Positions 1 to 13,719 of a stretch of 64,000 nucleotides of DNA are shown piece by piece. The notes under the pieces were generated by a model, which worked only from the letters and a program-made list of their open reading frames with translations, did no database searches and was not told the origin of the DNA. This DNA is from Octopus bimaculoides (taxonomy: Eukaryota): positions 20,180,047 through 20,244,046 of the forward strand of contig NC_069001.1 of the NCBI RefSeq assembly GCF_001194135.2, in the 5' to 3' direction. The position numbers and the translations under genes were made by a program. Positions within the stretch are counted from its first letter, which is position 1; every line of letters begins with the position of its first letter.

Positions 1-530
1 TGTTTGGATGTTCTACACTTTCATTAATTTGTTGGCAGGATCTTTAGCTTCAGCTGTGGAATTTTTCCAGTTACAGCCAAATTGTTTAGATGTTTCGTGG
101 AAAATACATGGAGAATATTTCATAGAAATTTCTATCAAATGTGCTGCAACCCCCGAGAAAATCAGAATAGATTGTTTTCTTTTTTCCTTCAAAATCTTTT
201 GTCCCAGAGTTACTAGCAATATTGCAGCACATTTTCAGCAACTTTTAAAAACTTTTTGTGTCTTTAGCTGTGATGCTTCTAATATTGTATCATGTCTGGG
301 CTCAAATGAAATAATACTGCAGGGCACTGATATAGGATTATAACTGTTTGACTACAAATATAAATTCCTAGTTTTCTCTTGTATAGGCAACATTTGTTAT
401 CTTATCATGTGGCTAATTCAGGATTTGATTCAAATGTGAAAAGTTGTGAGGAAACAGTATGAAGTTTAAATTAGCAAATACATATTCTATTTCTAACAGG
501 AAAGAGAAAGTTTGTAGTTCATACATTCAT

Positions 531-690
531 CCTTTAGCATTCAGATTACTCTGTGAAATATGCTTATTTAATACATTATCTCATATCTTTGAGATTTCGA
601 CATTGTAGGGCAGGTGTGAAAAGTTCACTCAGGCTAGTTTGAACAGGTAGAATATCTTGGCTGGATATGGCCAGTTGAAATGCTAAAGGG
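531..690. mobile_element. piggyBac-like MITE, internally shortened copy
   Basis: Ends cctttagca...tgctaaaggg-tt; body shared with copies near 19070, 41334 and 54978. Confidence 0.6.
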
Positions 691-1040
691 TTGAAATTGC
701 ATTTAGAGACAATCCAATAATTGTTTTCAGTTTCAGAAGAATGACTGCCTTTTTATATCGGAAGACAGGATGTGTGTATATATGTGTATTCAGTTTGAGC
801 ACTTGCTGCTTCTATGTGTATATCCTATAAAGGAAGACACCTGACAAGCATTGTACTGATCCAAAGGAAGATAGTGTTATATCATTTTTGCTGACAATGT
901 TATAATAATTTCTTAATTGGCATGAACAAATTTTTAGAAAGAAATATTCTTGTGCTTTATTGGTATTTATTTTACCAGCCCTGCAATGTAAAAATATATG
1001 TAATCCATATACTAACTCATTTTTCTGACTGATTTTTCAG

Positions 1041-1100
1041 TCAACTGAGAAGAAATCCTCAGCGCCTAATTCAGGAACTACAACTCCTACTCCAAGAAAG
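1041..1100 (+). CDS. MAP7: MAP7/ensconsin-family gene, internal exon (STEKKSSAPNSGTTTPTPRK)
   Basis: ttttcag acceptor, aag|gtacag donor, 60 nt phase 0-0, joins in frame to 3426; S/T/P/K-rich like MAP7 linkers. Upstream exons lie outside the window or were not found. Confidence 0.75.
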
Positions 1101-2589
1101 GTACAGTTGACATTAATTGCTTTGTTTTTTTTTAATGCCACTTTCATCTAAACTGAACTGTTGGTCACATGTATCAGAGTACAGGGAATCAAAAAGTTAA
1201 ATTTTTCACTGTAGGTTTATTCTTATATGGCTAAATGATGCTACATAAACACAGATGTGATTGCATCACATCCATCATATCTCATGAATACCACTCTAAA
1301 TTGCATCGCATTATGGAAAATAGTGCTATGCCAGGGCACACTGTATTGCACAACACCACACCCCATCATACCAAACAGTACCTCACTGTACTAACTAGGA
1401 TCCTATGACACTACAGTACACACCCTTATACAGCATTACACAATACTAGTAAGTGAAGGAATTTATATGTGGTTGCTCTACTTGCTAGAAAAGTAGCCAA
1501 TCCCTCCTTCAGATGACGCCCTAACACTCATAAAGCAACATTTCACATTATCCTATTATTATCTTATACAACCAGCATAATATATCTTGCCACATTAATA
1601 CCATGTAACACATCTACATCATTGTTTTACATTTGCTTTTCCAAGCTCGCTTGGGTTATAAGAGTTTTATGAGCCATATTACAACTGGATGCTCTTCCTG
1701 TTGCTAACCCTAGTTATTTCTTATGTCATGGATACATACATGACTGAGCTGGAATACACAACACCACATTTTATCAAATAGTATTGCATTGCACCAGATT
1801 GTACCATACAGCATCACTGACTCTTCTTATTTGAGCACTGTTTTCTTATTTTCTTCTTTGGCTCTCTTCCTTCTGTGAAGTAAATTTTAAGATACTTACC
1901 TACTATCTAGTATTTTGAATTATATATTTAGAAATTATGATCCTTATAGCTGTTGCAACATTTGGATGAAATACCAATTCTGCTAAACCCTCTGATCTTG
2001 ATAAACTAAAGGTACATCTGCTATTAGTCTCATGATAAGATCTCTATAGTGAAGATCCCCTTCTACCTATGCCATGAAGACAGCTCGATCTAGTCACTTC
2101 AAACTGATGTTTTAAACTTTCTTCTTTTTTTCTGCCTACATAAAAGTGGCAACTTTTATGCTCAGCTGTCTTTGGATATCATTCATTGGTAACTAAACCC
2201 CATTGCTTCTCAGCCATAGTGAAGTTAATTACCTAAGAGGTTGCTTACTGCGAGCAAACTCAGCAGTATGCAAAAGGCATCTTCCCTAGTCCCATATGAG
2301 TGTAGCACTCAGAAGAAGCAACAAAGGCAACCTGTTTGGAAATATAGTAACATTGAAAAAGAAAGTTTAAGTGAAAATTCAGTTCTCTTAGATACTGTCT
2401 CTAGTACTGATCGCATGCTGAAATGTACTCAATGCATATTGTGAACTGATTGGTAACTGAAGGGCATTCAGCTGTAAAAATGGTACCAAACATCAATGAA
2501 AACCACCAAATGCATCAGTGGGACTGAGACTTCTTTCGTTAGTGGTGCACATGTTGGCAAGTTCACTAGGTGTGTTCCTAGCAACTCTT

Positions 2590-2860
2590 TTCCTTTCAAG
2601 CACAGGACTTTAGGGCTACCACCATTGATGTTGGCCTAATGAAGAGTAGATCAGAAAATGTTAGAGAGATGACTCAATATACCTTATGTACATGAGGTGA
2701 GATATTTAGATCCTTGGTTAGACTCCCCGGAGTAGGTATACTGTTAGGAGAAAAGGAATAGATACTGTAATTTAGGTTGTCAGGGTGTGTGACAGAATAA
2801 TTAAACTTATGATGTTCATAAACGAATGATCACAGCTATGATCTCCACTCCATGTTCTAC
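2590..2860 (+). mobile_element. Highly decayed RTE-like endonuclease N-terminal fragment
   Basis: Manual translation TLGLPTIDVGLMKSRSENVREM resembles the RTE endonuclease start (LRxGTxNVGTMKGRSxExxEM). Boundaries approximate. Confidence 0.35.
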
Positions 2861-3425
2861 AGTCAGAACTGATAGATGAACAGAAAGACTGTCCTTACCC
2901 GAAATTGGTTACCTTTCCCACCTTTACTGTAGGGTATTATTAAATGCTTTCTTGTTTTGTAATGATTTGCATCGTCATTCTCATCTACATCATTTTCTTT
3001 AATGTTATTTTAATTTTTGTAATATTTGATAGCTTTTTCCTTCTGTCAAGTCACATATGAGGTTTGATAGATAGGTCAGTGATCCAGTACCTTTCATGAA
3101 TTATTTGTAATATATAGTTGAAGTTAAGTGGTTCCTAATTTTAATAAGATACTTTATTCTTAAATGTTTTATTTTACTTCCCCTTTTCATTATCATCATT
3201 GTCATTTTTCATACTGGTATGAGTTAAGTTTACGACAGAGTACATTTTCCCATTTTCTATTATAGTATAATTTGATCTGTGAAGCTAAATATCCTTGAGT
3301 CTGTCTTTTCCAAATCTTCCTTGGTTTGCATCCATTCATCAACTCAGCAGTTTTCCTCTGTGTTCATATGTTATATCAACCATTCCCTTCATTACCCATT
3401 CATCAACTTTCCCATTTCACTTCAG

Positions 3426-3634
3426 CCCAAATCTACCAAAGATAAAGGGCCACGTGAGTCTCCTAATCGTGAAGGTACTCCAACTCCATCAGCTCCTGAA
3501 GACCAAATGACACGCTCAACTCAAGATATTACTGAAGAGGAATATAAGATTAAACTTGCTGAGAAACGGCGCCAGGCAAGAGAAAAAGCTGAAAGAGAAG
3601 CAGAGTTAGAGCGGCAAAGACAAGAAGAACTCAG
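3426..3634 (+). CDS. MAP7: MAP7 exon, start of MAP7 domain (PKSTKDKG...ITEEEYKIKLAEKRRQAREKAEREAELERQRQEEL)
   Basis: ttcag acceptor, ag|gtgtgt donor, 209 nt phase 0-2. LAEKRRQARE is the characteristic MAP7-domain motif. Confidence 0.92.
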
Positions 3635-5172
3635 GTGTGTTATGAATTTGCCTTTCTCCATAATTGTGTAATTAAGTCAGTTGTATCCCATAGTCATTTA
3701 GATTATTAGAGACTTAATGAGGAAGATCCAGAAATGATATTCAAGAAGTTTCTCATTACTGTCTCATTTCTATGGTACCTTTTTACAGTGAGAAGTATTT
3801 GACCATTGAAAGGTATTTACCAAGCATACAGCATGACACTAATGATGGCATGCACACAAATTATTTCAGCTGGTAAATTGTTACATGGCTTAAGATCTGT
3901 GACCCTCAAACTTTTAATCAATCTTCACTACATTTCTTTGCTTTTAGTTGGAAACTGTTGTCTTCATGTACCTATTTTATAGCTGTGCTGTACTGGATCA
4001 TCTAGCTTAAAGTATAGTTTTAATTCAATTATTGTATTTCTCTATAAACAAGAATGGCAATGATGGTCACCAAAATGTACAATAAAGATGTATATTTCCC
4101 AAAGACAATCCAATGCTAGAGACAGATTACAAACCATAAACACCTAGAGGTAGTAAACTTGCACCCTATCATTTGTAGATATGCCTATATATGTATACTC
4201 TATAGTGAATATCAACTTTTGTTATTGTTATTGATTTCTTAACTTTCTCTTATGTAGAAATTTATCCCTGATATAGTACCAAGTATTTCTCCTGCAGTTG
4301 CCTCATTAGGAAGATTGCTGGAACAAAGCCAAACTGCATCTCATCTAGGTCTATTCTGGCATGGTTCAGTTGTGTTATAACTCCATGACCTTCAAAATCT
4401 GATCCAGTAGTTTGATTCCACTATAATTTCCTCTCTTTCAGGCATCATCCTCTTTTCCTTTGTAACAGTTTGCAATGATACTGCTATGTCAGTCATTGAG
4501 TATAACACCTTCTTGGTTAAGTTGGTTGACATTCTGGGTGGTAAGCAAGTCTCCTGCCTCACCAGATATTTTGAGTACATTCACAGCTATCCCTGGTACA
4601 ACACCACCTTTCTTTCATTTCATGTCCTTAATTACTTTACCTCTCATGCTGCAGTCAACTCTAATTGCTGATCCATATATATACACACATACATTTCTGC
4701 ATGTGTTTATAATTATGTATGTGTATGTATATGTGTGTATTAATTGCTGGTAGGGACACTCTATTTCATTTTGCAACCATAATATACTACCATGGTATAT
4801 CAATGGTTTATAAGTCAATACTATGTCCTACTTCTGTGTTAGCAGTGCGATACAATCAGTTTAAAGTTTATCTCCTGATTTTTCTATAGAATTTGGAGAT
4901 AGGCTTAAAAGCATGTATGTATATTTATTTACATATGCACACACAAATGTATGTGTATATATCCCTGACAATCATCTAAACAGTTTCCATCTACCAGATT
5001 TCATTTAAAAGGCCGTGCCAGAAGTGTCATGCAGTAGGGCTGAAACTGAAACTACTTAACCATTCAGCTAATTTTAGAGAAATTTTTCTTTGGCATTTTG
5101 AAATAACAATAGGAATATGTATGAGTATAATTTGTATGGAATAAAGGTTTCACAATTATTATTTTGTTCTAG

Positions 5173-5353
5173 GCGTCAAGAAGAGGAGAGAATTCGTTTA
5201 GAGGAGGAGGAGCAGCGTCGTTTGGAAGAAGAATCCATACGTCTTGCAGCCGAAGGTAGGTTGGCTGAGGAAGAAAGGCTTCGTAAGGCCATCGAAGCTG
5301 AAGAGCAACGCAAGAAAGAAGAAGCTGATCGACTGGAATTAGAAAGAAAGCAG
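5173..5353 (+). CDS. MAP7: MAP7 exon, E/R/K-rich helical region (RQEEERIRLEEEEQRR...DRLELERKQ)
   Basis: ttgttctag acceptor, cag|gtaaat donor, 181 nt phase 2-0; completes the AG|G Arg codon from the previous exon. Confidence 0.92.
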
Positions 5354-5689
5354 GTAAATATTGATTTTGTTTGCATTCTTTTGGATTAATATTTTGTAGT
5401 AGTTAAAGCAAATCCTACCTGTGTTGTAGGCTTGCCTAAATAATTAAGAAATCTGCTTCACAGTCATGCCACTACATGACATCTTAAGCAAAGTGAGATG
5501 AAATAAATATCAGAGACACTTTGCCCAATGCAGAAACTGCTGAAACTGCAAGAGCTACTTAAAGGTTTTGCAAGCTCTTCTAAGTCCATTGCAATGCTGG
5601 AAACCCTTCCATATCATCAGATATCTCAGGGTCACAAGAATTTTACCCCTTAGCTTGTATGCTTTGCATGAGTGGGACAGCAAGGATTG

Positions 5690-6200
5690 AACCAGTCTTC
5701 ACCTGCGAAAAGATTCCACTTGTGGTCTTATCAACCATAGCTATCTTGAGCTGGATTCAGCTGCTATGCCTATCCCTTATATGGCTTTCTTCAGTTGTTT
5801 GTATTTCAGACCTATCTTCTACAGGAAATAGCATGCTGATCTTGCTGAAAAATCACAGCAGCTGATTTCCATGGGGAATGAGGCTGCATGCCATCCCTTG
5901 ATAGAGAGTTTGCCAGCTAAGACCTGATATCTGGTTTCTTATACCTGGTAAGAAATATCGAGTCTGTCCTCTGAGAGTTTTATGAATTTGATAATGATTA
6001 TTGTTTCCATACTCCTGGAGAGCAGAAGCATGTCTGGTTGGGGTGATGTTACTACTATCTCCTCCGGGAAGACAAGTCTGCCCTTCAGGTCCACTTGCAT
6101 CTCCCAGTCTGAGGCTGAATGCAAAATAGAAAATGGGTCCCCTGCCATTGCTTTTGCTTTGGGAGCCTTGTCACCTTCCTTTAGGAATTTGATACTCTTT
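5690..6200 (-). mobile_element. RLE-type non-LTR retrotransposon (NeSL/HERO-like) C-terminal fragment
   Basis: ORF 5939-6148 DWEMQVDLKGRLVFPEEIVVTSPQPDMLLLSR (PD nuclease motif), continuing with stops as IKGWHAASFPMEISCC...AAESSSR-LWL. Confidence 0.75.
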
Positions 6201-6328
6201 GGTGATACTTTTTACTCACTTTTTTTAATGTTTTACTTTTTACTCCCAAAATATGTGTCAACCTATATGATGTAAATAAAGTTGGGTAAGCCAAAACTGT
6301 TGAAACCCATCAGAAAATAGCAACCATG

Positions 6329-6607
6329 ATTCGAGATCACTGATTTGGTTATCACCTCAACATATGACTTAATTTATGGACTATGATCATAGGCCCAACA
6401 ACTACCCCCCCCCCTCTCTCTCTCATCATCATCATCATCATCGTTTTACGTCCACTTTCCATGCTGTCATGTCTCCATTCAAGCATCTCAACAATCTCAC
6501 CAGAGCTACCTTTCAATGTGCCAACATTAAATGTGCCAACTCTGAGTGTGTGGAAGGTGTGGACTGGTGAGACCCTGGGATGAGGAACAACAGCATCATG
6601 TATTTGG
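6329..6607. repeat. Direct repeat copy 1 containing an internally deleted mini-RTE on the minus strand (about 6424-6600)
   Basis: Nearly identical to 7273-7592. Minus strand reads HTLRVGTFNVGTLKGSSGEIVEMLEWRH fused to an agcatggaaagtggacgtaaaac(gat)n tail. Confidence 0.85.
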
Positions 6608-7272
6608 CCTTGTCAAGTGTTGTGTTATGTTGATTTAGTTTAGGAATTACATGTATTACAAAGTTACAAGGGCACATGTTTCTGTGACTGAGTTACTTTT
6701 TAATTTAATGAGTCAGATGTTCAGTTGTTGAAATAACTGAATGGTCATTTCAGAATCAACAGAGGATCCATAAAGCAGCTACTCTCTCTCTCTCTTTGTT
6801 ATTTCTACTATGGGATTTAAGAACTGTTCACCTTATTGCTGTGATTGGTGACAGGAACTGCTCTGTTCTAGTTTTGCATCTTTTGGGCTTAACTGTCTTT
6901 GAAGTATCAGGGAAACAGAAGAGTATAACACATTCTTGTACATGCATACATCCAAAGTTATAGGGAAACAACAAGGTATGTTTCAATAGTAAATGACCTG
7001 GTGATGACTATCTCCTTTCCGGCTCTGGTAGATCAATAGTATTTCTATGAGAAATATTTCTTGACAATTATTTTTAAACCCTGCTGATTGCCCACATACA
7101 TTAATGATATAAGATGGGGATATACTTATATGTCTATCACCTGACCATACACTCACAAACAAAATACATAAATCCATATGTTCATACATATACACATTTA
7201 ATATTGCAAGCTAGAAATATATGATTTAAAAACATCTTCTTTATTGCAGCTAAATTGTTGTCATAAAAATGT

Positions 7273-7592
7273 ATTCGAGATCACTGATTTGGTTATCACC
7301 TCAACATATGACTTAATTCATGGACTATGATCATAGGCCCAACAACTACCCCCCCCCTCTCTCACTCTCACTCTCTCTCTCTCTCTCACTCTCTCTCTCT
7401 CTCTTTCTCATCATCATCATCATCATCGTTTTACGTCCACTTTCCATGCTGTCATGTCTCCATTCAAGCATCTCAACAATCTCACCAGAGCTACCTTTCA
7501 ATGTGCCAACATTAAATGTGCCAACTCTGAGTGTGTGGAAGGTGTGGGCTGGTGAGACCCTGGGATGAGGAACAACAGCATCATGTATTTGG
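7273..7592. repeat. Direct repeat copy 2 with mini-RTE
   Basis: Same endpoints as copy 1; differs by two substitutions and a longer CT/CA microsatellite. Confidence 0.85.
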
Positions 7593-8487
7593 AAAGAAAG
7601 CTCTCATTTGGCAGATCTTGTAAACATTCAATAGCCTTTAACCTGTATACACTACACCATAATTTTATTTGTTACATAATCACTACATTCAAGAGGAGAC
7701 AGACACTAGGGATGGGGGGGGAGCGTTCTGTATAGTAAGCCATTAGAGGTGCTCAGGAGAAAGACATCTGGTAGAGGTCAGAAGGTAAAGACTTATGGTA
7801 TTGATGGTGGGGTGGGATTGGAAGGCACATCGCGGACAGCAAAGCACTGTGGCTGCCCTATTCCCTAGCAGAAGCCAATGTGGCATAGCCACAGACAAAT
7901 GGAGCTACTAATCAACAGTCGACATGGGAAAAGCAACTGGTTAATAAAACTGAGAGAGAGAGAGTCCAGAATTAGCGCTGGTGAAAAACAAAACATGAAG
8001 AGATGGAATTTTCAAGATTTAGAGCATGAGTAAACAGAATTGAACAATTGGATTTCTTAACTCTGCCATGACATACCGCTAAATGAATAACAATAATTAT
8101 TATTATAAAGAGCGCTATAGAGTGAAACAGAATTGAACATTGCATTCTTAACTTTAACTGTAGCTATAACTATAACCTACAATATGTAGTTAGCCAAACT
8201 GTGACAAAAATAGGTAAATAAATAAATATATAAATACTCACTAAGATGTTCTAAATTATCCTCAAATGATAAGGGAAACTCCCATCACTAACAGTGAATT
8301 AAAAATGGTTTTACTGAAGAGAATAAGCACTACTCCAGTAGATTAACTCTTAAATTCATAAGAGCCATAAATAAACAAGATTCAGCTGATGTCAAACACA
8401 CCTGACCAATTGTCTCTACATCTCTTCAATTCCTATCTCTGGTTTGTGCCTACTAAAAGTTATATATATATATATATTATTTTGTAG

Positions 8488-8592
8488 AAAGAAGAAGCTG
8501 AGAAAAAAGCCAAGGAAGAGGCTGATCGCCTTGAAAAGGAGCGTGTAGAAAGAGCCAAGAAAGAAGAAGAAGAAAGGCTAGCCAGAAAGAAG
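8488..8592 (+). CDS. MAP7: MAP7 exon (KEEAEKKAKEEADRLEKERVERAKKEEEERLARKK)
   Basis: ttttgtag acceptor, aag|gtatgt donor, 105 nt phase 0-0, open and charged-helical. Confidence 0.92.
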
Positions 8593-9499
8593 GTATGTCC
8601 TCTTGTTATTTTTATTTTCCAAAGACTTGTTGTTTCATATCTGCATTTTGAGTTGTCATCTGGTTCTGACTTAATCTCTCCAGACTGTCAATCTGGTGTT
8701 AATTTACAATATTATCATTATGTTTCTAGGAACTATTCCAAACTCATTTCAGGTTTTTGTTTTGTAGAGAATAGTAATGGTTTTAATTCTCGTTCAAGTC
8801 CAGTTACTTAACTTCTGCCACAAATACCAATGAGAAGATCATCTCTTTCCCCTCACCATTATCCCTCTGGACTTGTATCTATATAAGAAATTAATTTTAT
8901 TAATCCAACAGATCTGACCTTGCTCTTCATCTTTCATGGCCTATTCTTTTGATTAGTTTAATCAGAAAAGAAACAGTAGCTCCCATGACTTCATTGTCAG
9001 GGAAAAGGGAAGAGTAACTCATGAGTTATCCTAAAACTGGACACTATTTGCTTCTAACAGACATATTCAAAAGTCTCTTGAGGGCCGGGTGGTCATATTA
9101 AACTAGGCAATTGATTAACTCAAAATAAGTATCAGTGGGTATCTGTTGTAAACATTCAACCACTGGTTTGAGGATTCATGGCTGTTTTCGTGAACATCAA
9201 GTCACTGATGACTTTCTCTTGTGTAGTGTCACTGTTTGTCACAGGGTACAGATGTAATAAGTTTTCCTGCAGAGGTTCATCACCAGAGGAGGTAGAAATA
9301 GCCTTGTGGGTAGCTACCCCAGTTTGTGACTGGCACTAAAGCAAGTACAAGATTTTGAGAGATCCACCTACTGTCACTAACTTCCAGTGAGCTTTTTTCA
9401 AAAACTGACGTAATATTTAACTGCAATTTACAAAATAGGGTTTCTTCTTTTCATTTCCTTCTATAAACATAAGCAATAATATTAAATGGCAATAAATAC

Positions 9500-11560
9500 A
9501 TGGACAATGCTGTCTTTGCTACACAAACGTATGTGAATCTTCCCCAACCACCTCTTGCTAAAAGGTAAACCATGCATTCTTCTCTGGAACCTCTAATTCT
9601 AACCCATTTTTACTCTTGAAGCTATATTCTGTGTATTATCATTTCTCCAAAAGGTGGCACCTGTACCTATGTAGAATTTACTCTTCCCATTATTTTAGTC
9701 TCTTCTCTGAATTTTAGCAAAAGGTGATTTCGGTTACACTGGTTCTCTTCATTAGTCCTCTGCTGTATCTACAAACTCCAAAATACTCCAACAATATGAC
9801 TATCTCATATCCTGCATTGAAAATATCTATCTTATTGATTCTCTCTCTGAAGTTATCATCCTTGCTGACTTCAATATGCACACCTCCCACACCAACATCG
9901 TGGATGTAAACGTTGAATCATTTCCCATTTTTTATTACCCACACCAGTTTGTATCCATAGCTACTCATATCCCTGACATATACATTTGCTCTCAAAGTAT
10001 CATTGATCTCTTTCATCTCCCAAACCTGCCCATCACTATCTCTGCACCCATCTGATCACTGCTGAATTAAAACATCACACTACATGTCTTCCTATTGCAT
10101 TCCTCTCTCTAGTTTCTTTAGTATTTCAAGTCAACAAACTGGCCAGAGTCCTGTCAGCATCATTCCGACAGTTAAGCTGTTTTAGATCTAGATATACCTG
10201 TACATGCAACAGAAGCTGGGAAACAGTGTTTGGCAGCCACCATGGCTCTGTGCCATTGGTGTTGCTGGCATCCGCTTGGCCAGATCTGGAGATCCTTCAT
10301 GCATATCCATGGTCATGATGATAAACAGTTAGCCTTTTGCATTAGTTATAGCATAACTATTGGACTGTGACCAATGCCGACAAGTAAAGCCTCTGAACTC
10401 AAAAACCTCAAGTAGTTTACCAATAGCTGTGCTGCATCCATATGAGCAATGACATTACCTATAACACCTGGAGGTTTTTACCTGCACCACAATGCCTGTA
10501 AGGCTATCATCAAAAGAGCAAATGATGCCTTCATGTATCACATGGTTTGAAACTTTTGCTTCCCAAATTGCAGCAAAGCTTACTGGTTCCTTGCCAAGAA
10601 GGATTTTACCACTTTCTATAATCTTCCTGTGATTCATTTCTTAGTGAAGATGACTGCCAACCATGTTTTCAAACTCTCCTCTTTTACACCTATAGTCTCA
10701 TCACTAATAGACATAGCTACTGCATGGAAACCACTTCCAGTTGTTCTAACTCTGCAAGGTTACTGGTCCCTATATAAACCCTTTCATCACCCTCTAACAG
10801 TTCACATCAAAGCTAGCTTCTCACTGTCAAACTCTTATTCTATCTGCTGGATCTATCCCACTGTAAAAAAAACATGTTATAGTATCTCACATTACTTTCA
10901 ACTGAGAAGGAACCCTTTTGACTCTGTTGACTACCAACTTATTGCACTCACTTCCAACAATTCAGTTGATATTGGGAAAAGTTGTTAACAATCACATCTT
11001 CAATTACCTTGGATCTCTCTTTCTCCTTCTTTAGTAATCATCAATGTAGCTTTTGGAAAGCCAGATCTATCTTGTGTGCAAAAACAATATTATTGTACTT
11101 GACATCAGCAAAGTCTTTCACTCTGACTATTTGTTAGTCCTCTATGAAACACATGTAAATTACAGCTCAGATCAAACTATCGCTGGCATACATGGTGCTG
11201 CTTCTACAAACACAAACATCCCAGATTGCTTCCAAAGAAGATCATTTGACTGACTAACAAAGACTCCTTGATCAATAAATATACTACAATCATTAGCATG
11301 CAGGCATACAATATCCTCTGTTTCTTTCTTTCACTTCTATTACAAGCTCAAAGCTAGTTAGCTTCACACTCTTTACTCAGGCCCTTCGTGCCATATCTCT
11401 TTCCTTTCAACATGCTACAGTGTCTCACCTCCTGGATCCTGCACTAAGTACTCTTGCAGTCTTTCCTTCTCAAAACTGCCACTCTTGACAAAATCCTAAC
11501 CCCTTCCATATTTTTCTGGCAGACATTGACCTTCACATATTCAAACTGAACATCATCTGC
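9500..11560 (+). mobile_element. Decayed APE-RT LINE (CR1/Jockey-group like)
   Basis: Broken motifs: EVIILADFNMH and SDHC (AP endonuclease), DYQLIALTS (cf. NYRPIxLTS), IVLDISKVF (cf. LDxSKAFD). Many stops and frameshifts. 9060-9400 may be its 5' UTR. Confidence 0.7.
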
Positions 11561-12054
11561 TTCAATTGTACAAATTTTTGACTTGGTAGAGCTTGCAAAG
11601 GTCATGAATAGTGCAATCCTTTTTCTGTTTTTTTAAACAATTTCTCAATTTTCTCCTTTTTCTAACAATCTCCCCTCTCTTTGCCTCCTGTATTGTGCAT
11701 ACATATTTTCCTATGAGTACTAAATAGATATTCCTTTCTTGTCTAACCATGTAAAACTGTGGAATCCAAAGAAATTAATAATGTTCTGTCAGCAAATATC
11801 TGAAACAATGGAATGAACTGAAGAAGAACAGTGTGATGTTTTGCGCAATGCTTAAGTTGTTGACTGTGCAGTTTTGTCACTTCAGGAATTATGTTTATCT
11901 CTCTTTTTCTTTAAAAGTCTGATATTAGAAAATCCATTTAATAAAGATAAAAACAACTGAAGGAAATCAGTTCTTGAAAATTAAATAATTTATGGAAATA
12001 ATTAGATTTATTGTATGTTTATTCATGTATGTGTCTTTTGTTCTTTCTCATCAG

Positions 12055-12114
12055 CGCCTTGAGATGATAATGAAACGGGTGAAAACTGAACCAAATGTAG
12101 TTGATACAGTAAAA
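12055..12114 (+). CDS. MAP7: MAP7 exon (RLEMIMKRVKTEPNVVDTVK)
   Basis: tttctcatcag acceptor, aaa|gtgagt donor, 60 nt. The joined RKKRLEMIMKRVK matches the RKKRxExIMKRxR end motif of the MAP7 domain. Confidence 0.93.
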
Positions 12115-13719
12115 GTGAGTTTTCTGCTTTATCTATCTCTCTTACACTCATCGACCTCAAAAAATTTGTACCTGTGTTGAGAATACTAGTCTACGTATTT
12201 TTATGGTATATTGGATATGAAGAATAATACATTTCAATTTCTATTACATCTCTTATTAGAACAGGAAAAGTATAATGATGTGTGGAGTTGAAAGTTTCTA
12301 TCTTGATATTGCATAGTGTATCTCGTATGCCACATGATTACTATCTGTTGCAATTATTTGACAATGCTAAAAATTAGAAAATGAAATGACACAGTAGTAG
12401 TCATTAAACTAACTCATGGAAAATGTTACAAGGTTGAGTGGCTTTTAATTCCAAGAATCTCTTTGATGGAGAATAAGTAAATATTATAGTAACTTCAAGT
12501 AAGATGCATGAACATCACAAACTTACATTTTCATCTTGATGAATTATATAGTTTTATTCCTATGTTGTTTTCCTTTAAAGTTTAGCCTTGTCATACTGCT
12601 TAATTCAGCAATAATATAATTCTTTGGATCATTGGCTTCATCTTTATAAACAAAACATTTTTATAAACACCTTTATAAATGAAACATTTTTAGTATTTAC
12701 ATTTACACTGCATTTCAATCAGTTTGATCTCCACTTGTCATCAGATGTCTTATTCTTATATGGGCTGCAGCCCTGTTGGGGCATCACTCTGAAGGGTTTA
12801 GTTAATCAAATCAACATTTGCTATGTCTTCTATTATCCTTTTTCCGGAAGCATTATGTCAAGGGGACATAACAAACCAGCTCTGATTGTCAAGTGACATG
12901 AGAGAAACACACAGATACATACACACATACAATGAGCTGAACCCAAAACTGTGGTTGCCAAGTGAACTTTTTACCCCCACCCCCATAGCCATGTACATAG
13001 CGTCAGAATAAATTTAAAACAGGAACCTTTATTTCTAAAATAAAAATAGTAGTACTCTTCAAATGCACTGGGCTCCAGACACGTGTACATGATTATAGAA
13101 TATAGATTGCGAGCTAAGAGGAACAGACTAGGAGAATTGATTGTGCAGCAGTTGTTTAATGAAATTGGTGATATCAAAAGAGACTAGATTGATCAGTGGA
13201 AAGTGTGGGGCATTGTGTTAAGATAGTAAAAGTCATCAGCTGCTATAAGTTAATGTATAAAGCAAGAAGAGTGAAGCACAGAGTAATAAAATAGAAATGT
13301 TCTAAGAAATTTAAATTGAAAAAAATATTAAATTCAGCATGATAAAGAGCTAGATATATTGATTGCTAAATAGATGCTTTTTAATGATAGAGTTGTTGAA
13401 ATGTATCCTTAACCCCAAAAAAGTTTCAGACAAAAAAAAAAAAAAAAATCAGAAATAACAAAAGAAAGATCAAATGATGATCTTAACAGAAGACAGTCAA
13501 TATGAATAGTGATTTACTGTACTAATACACTTCCCGCCCACGTGGAAAAACTGTCAAAATGGTTATATTGTGAGTTCCATATTAGCCTTTTAATCAGCAG
13601 AATTAATATAGTAGCTTATGTGCAGGTGATTATACATTTTTCCAACAACACTTGATAGTGTGTCTAAGAAATAAATTTTTTACTTCTTTTTAAATTAAAT
13701 TTTTTTTTTTTTTTACAAG

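Noticed and set aside
8-343. 111-aa ORF at the window start
   Set aside because: No splice fit with MAP7 and no recognisable motif; the opposite strand looks like broken coding sequence of an unidentified element.
6329-7592. CRISPR-like or LTR interpretation of the direct repeats
   Set aside because: Only two long copies, no spacers or cas genes, no TG..CA ends or internal gag-pol; eukaryotic context.
8027-8157. Two diverged 40-bp copies (aaacagaattgaaca...ttcttaact)
   Set aside because: Small local duplication with no evident function.
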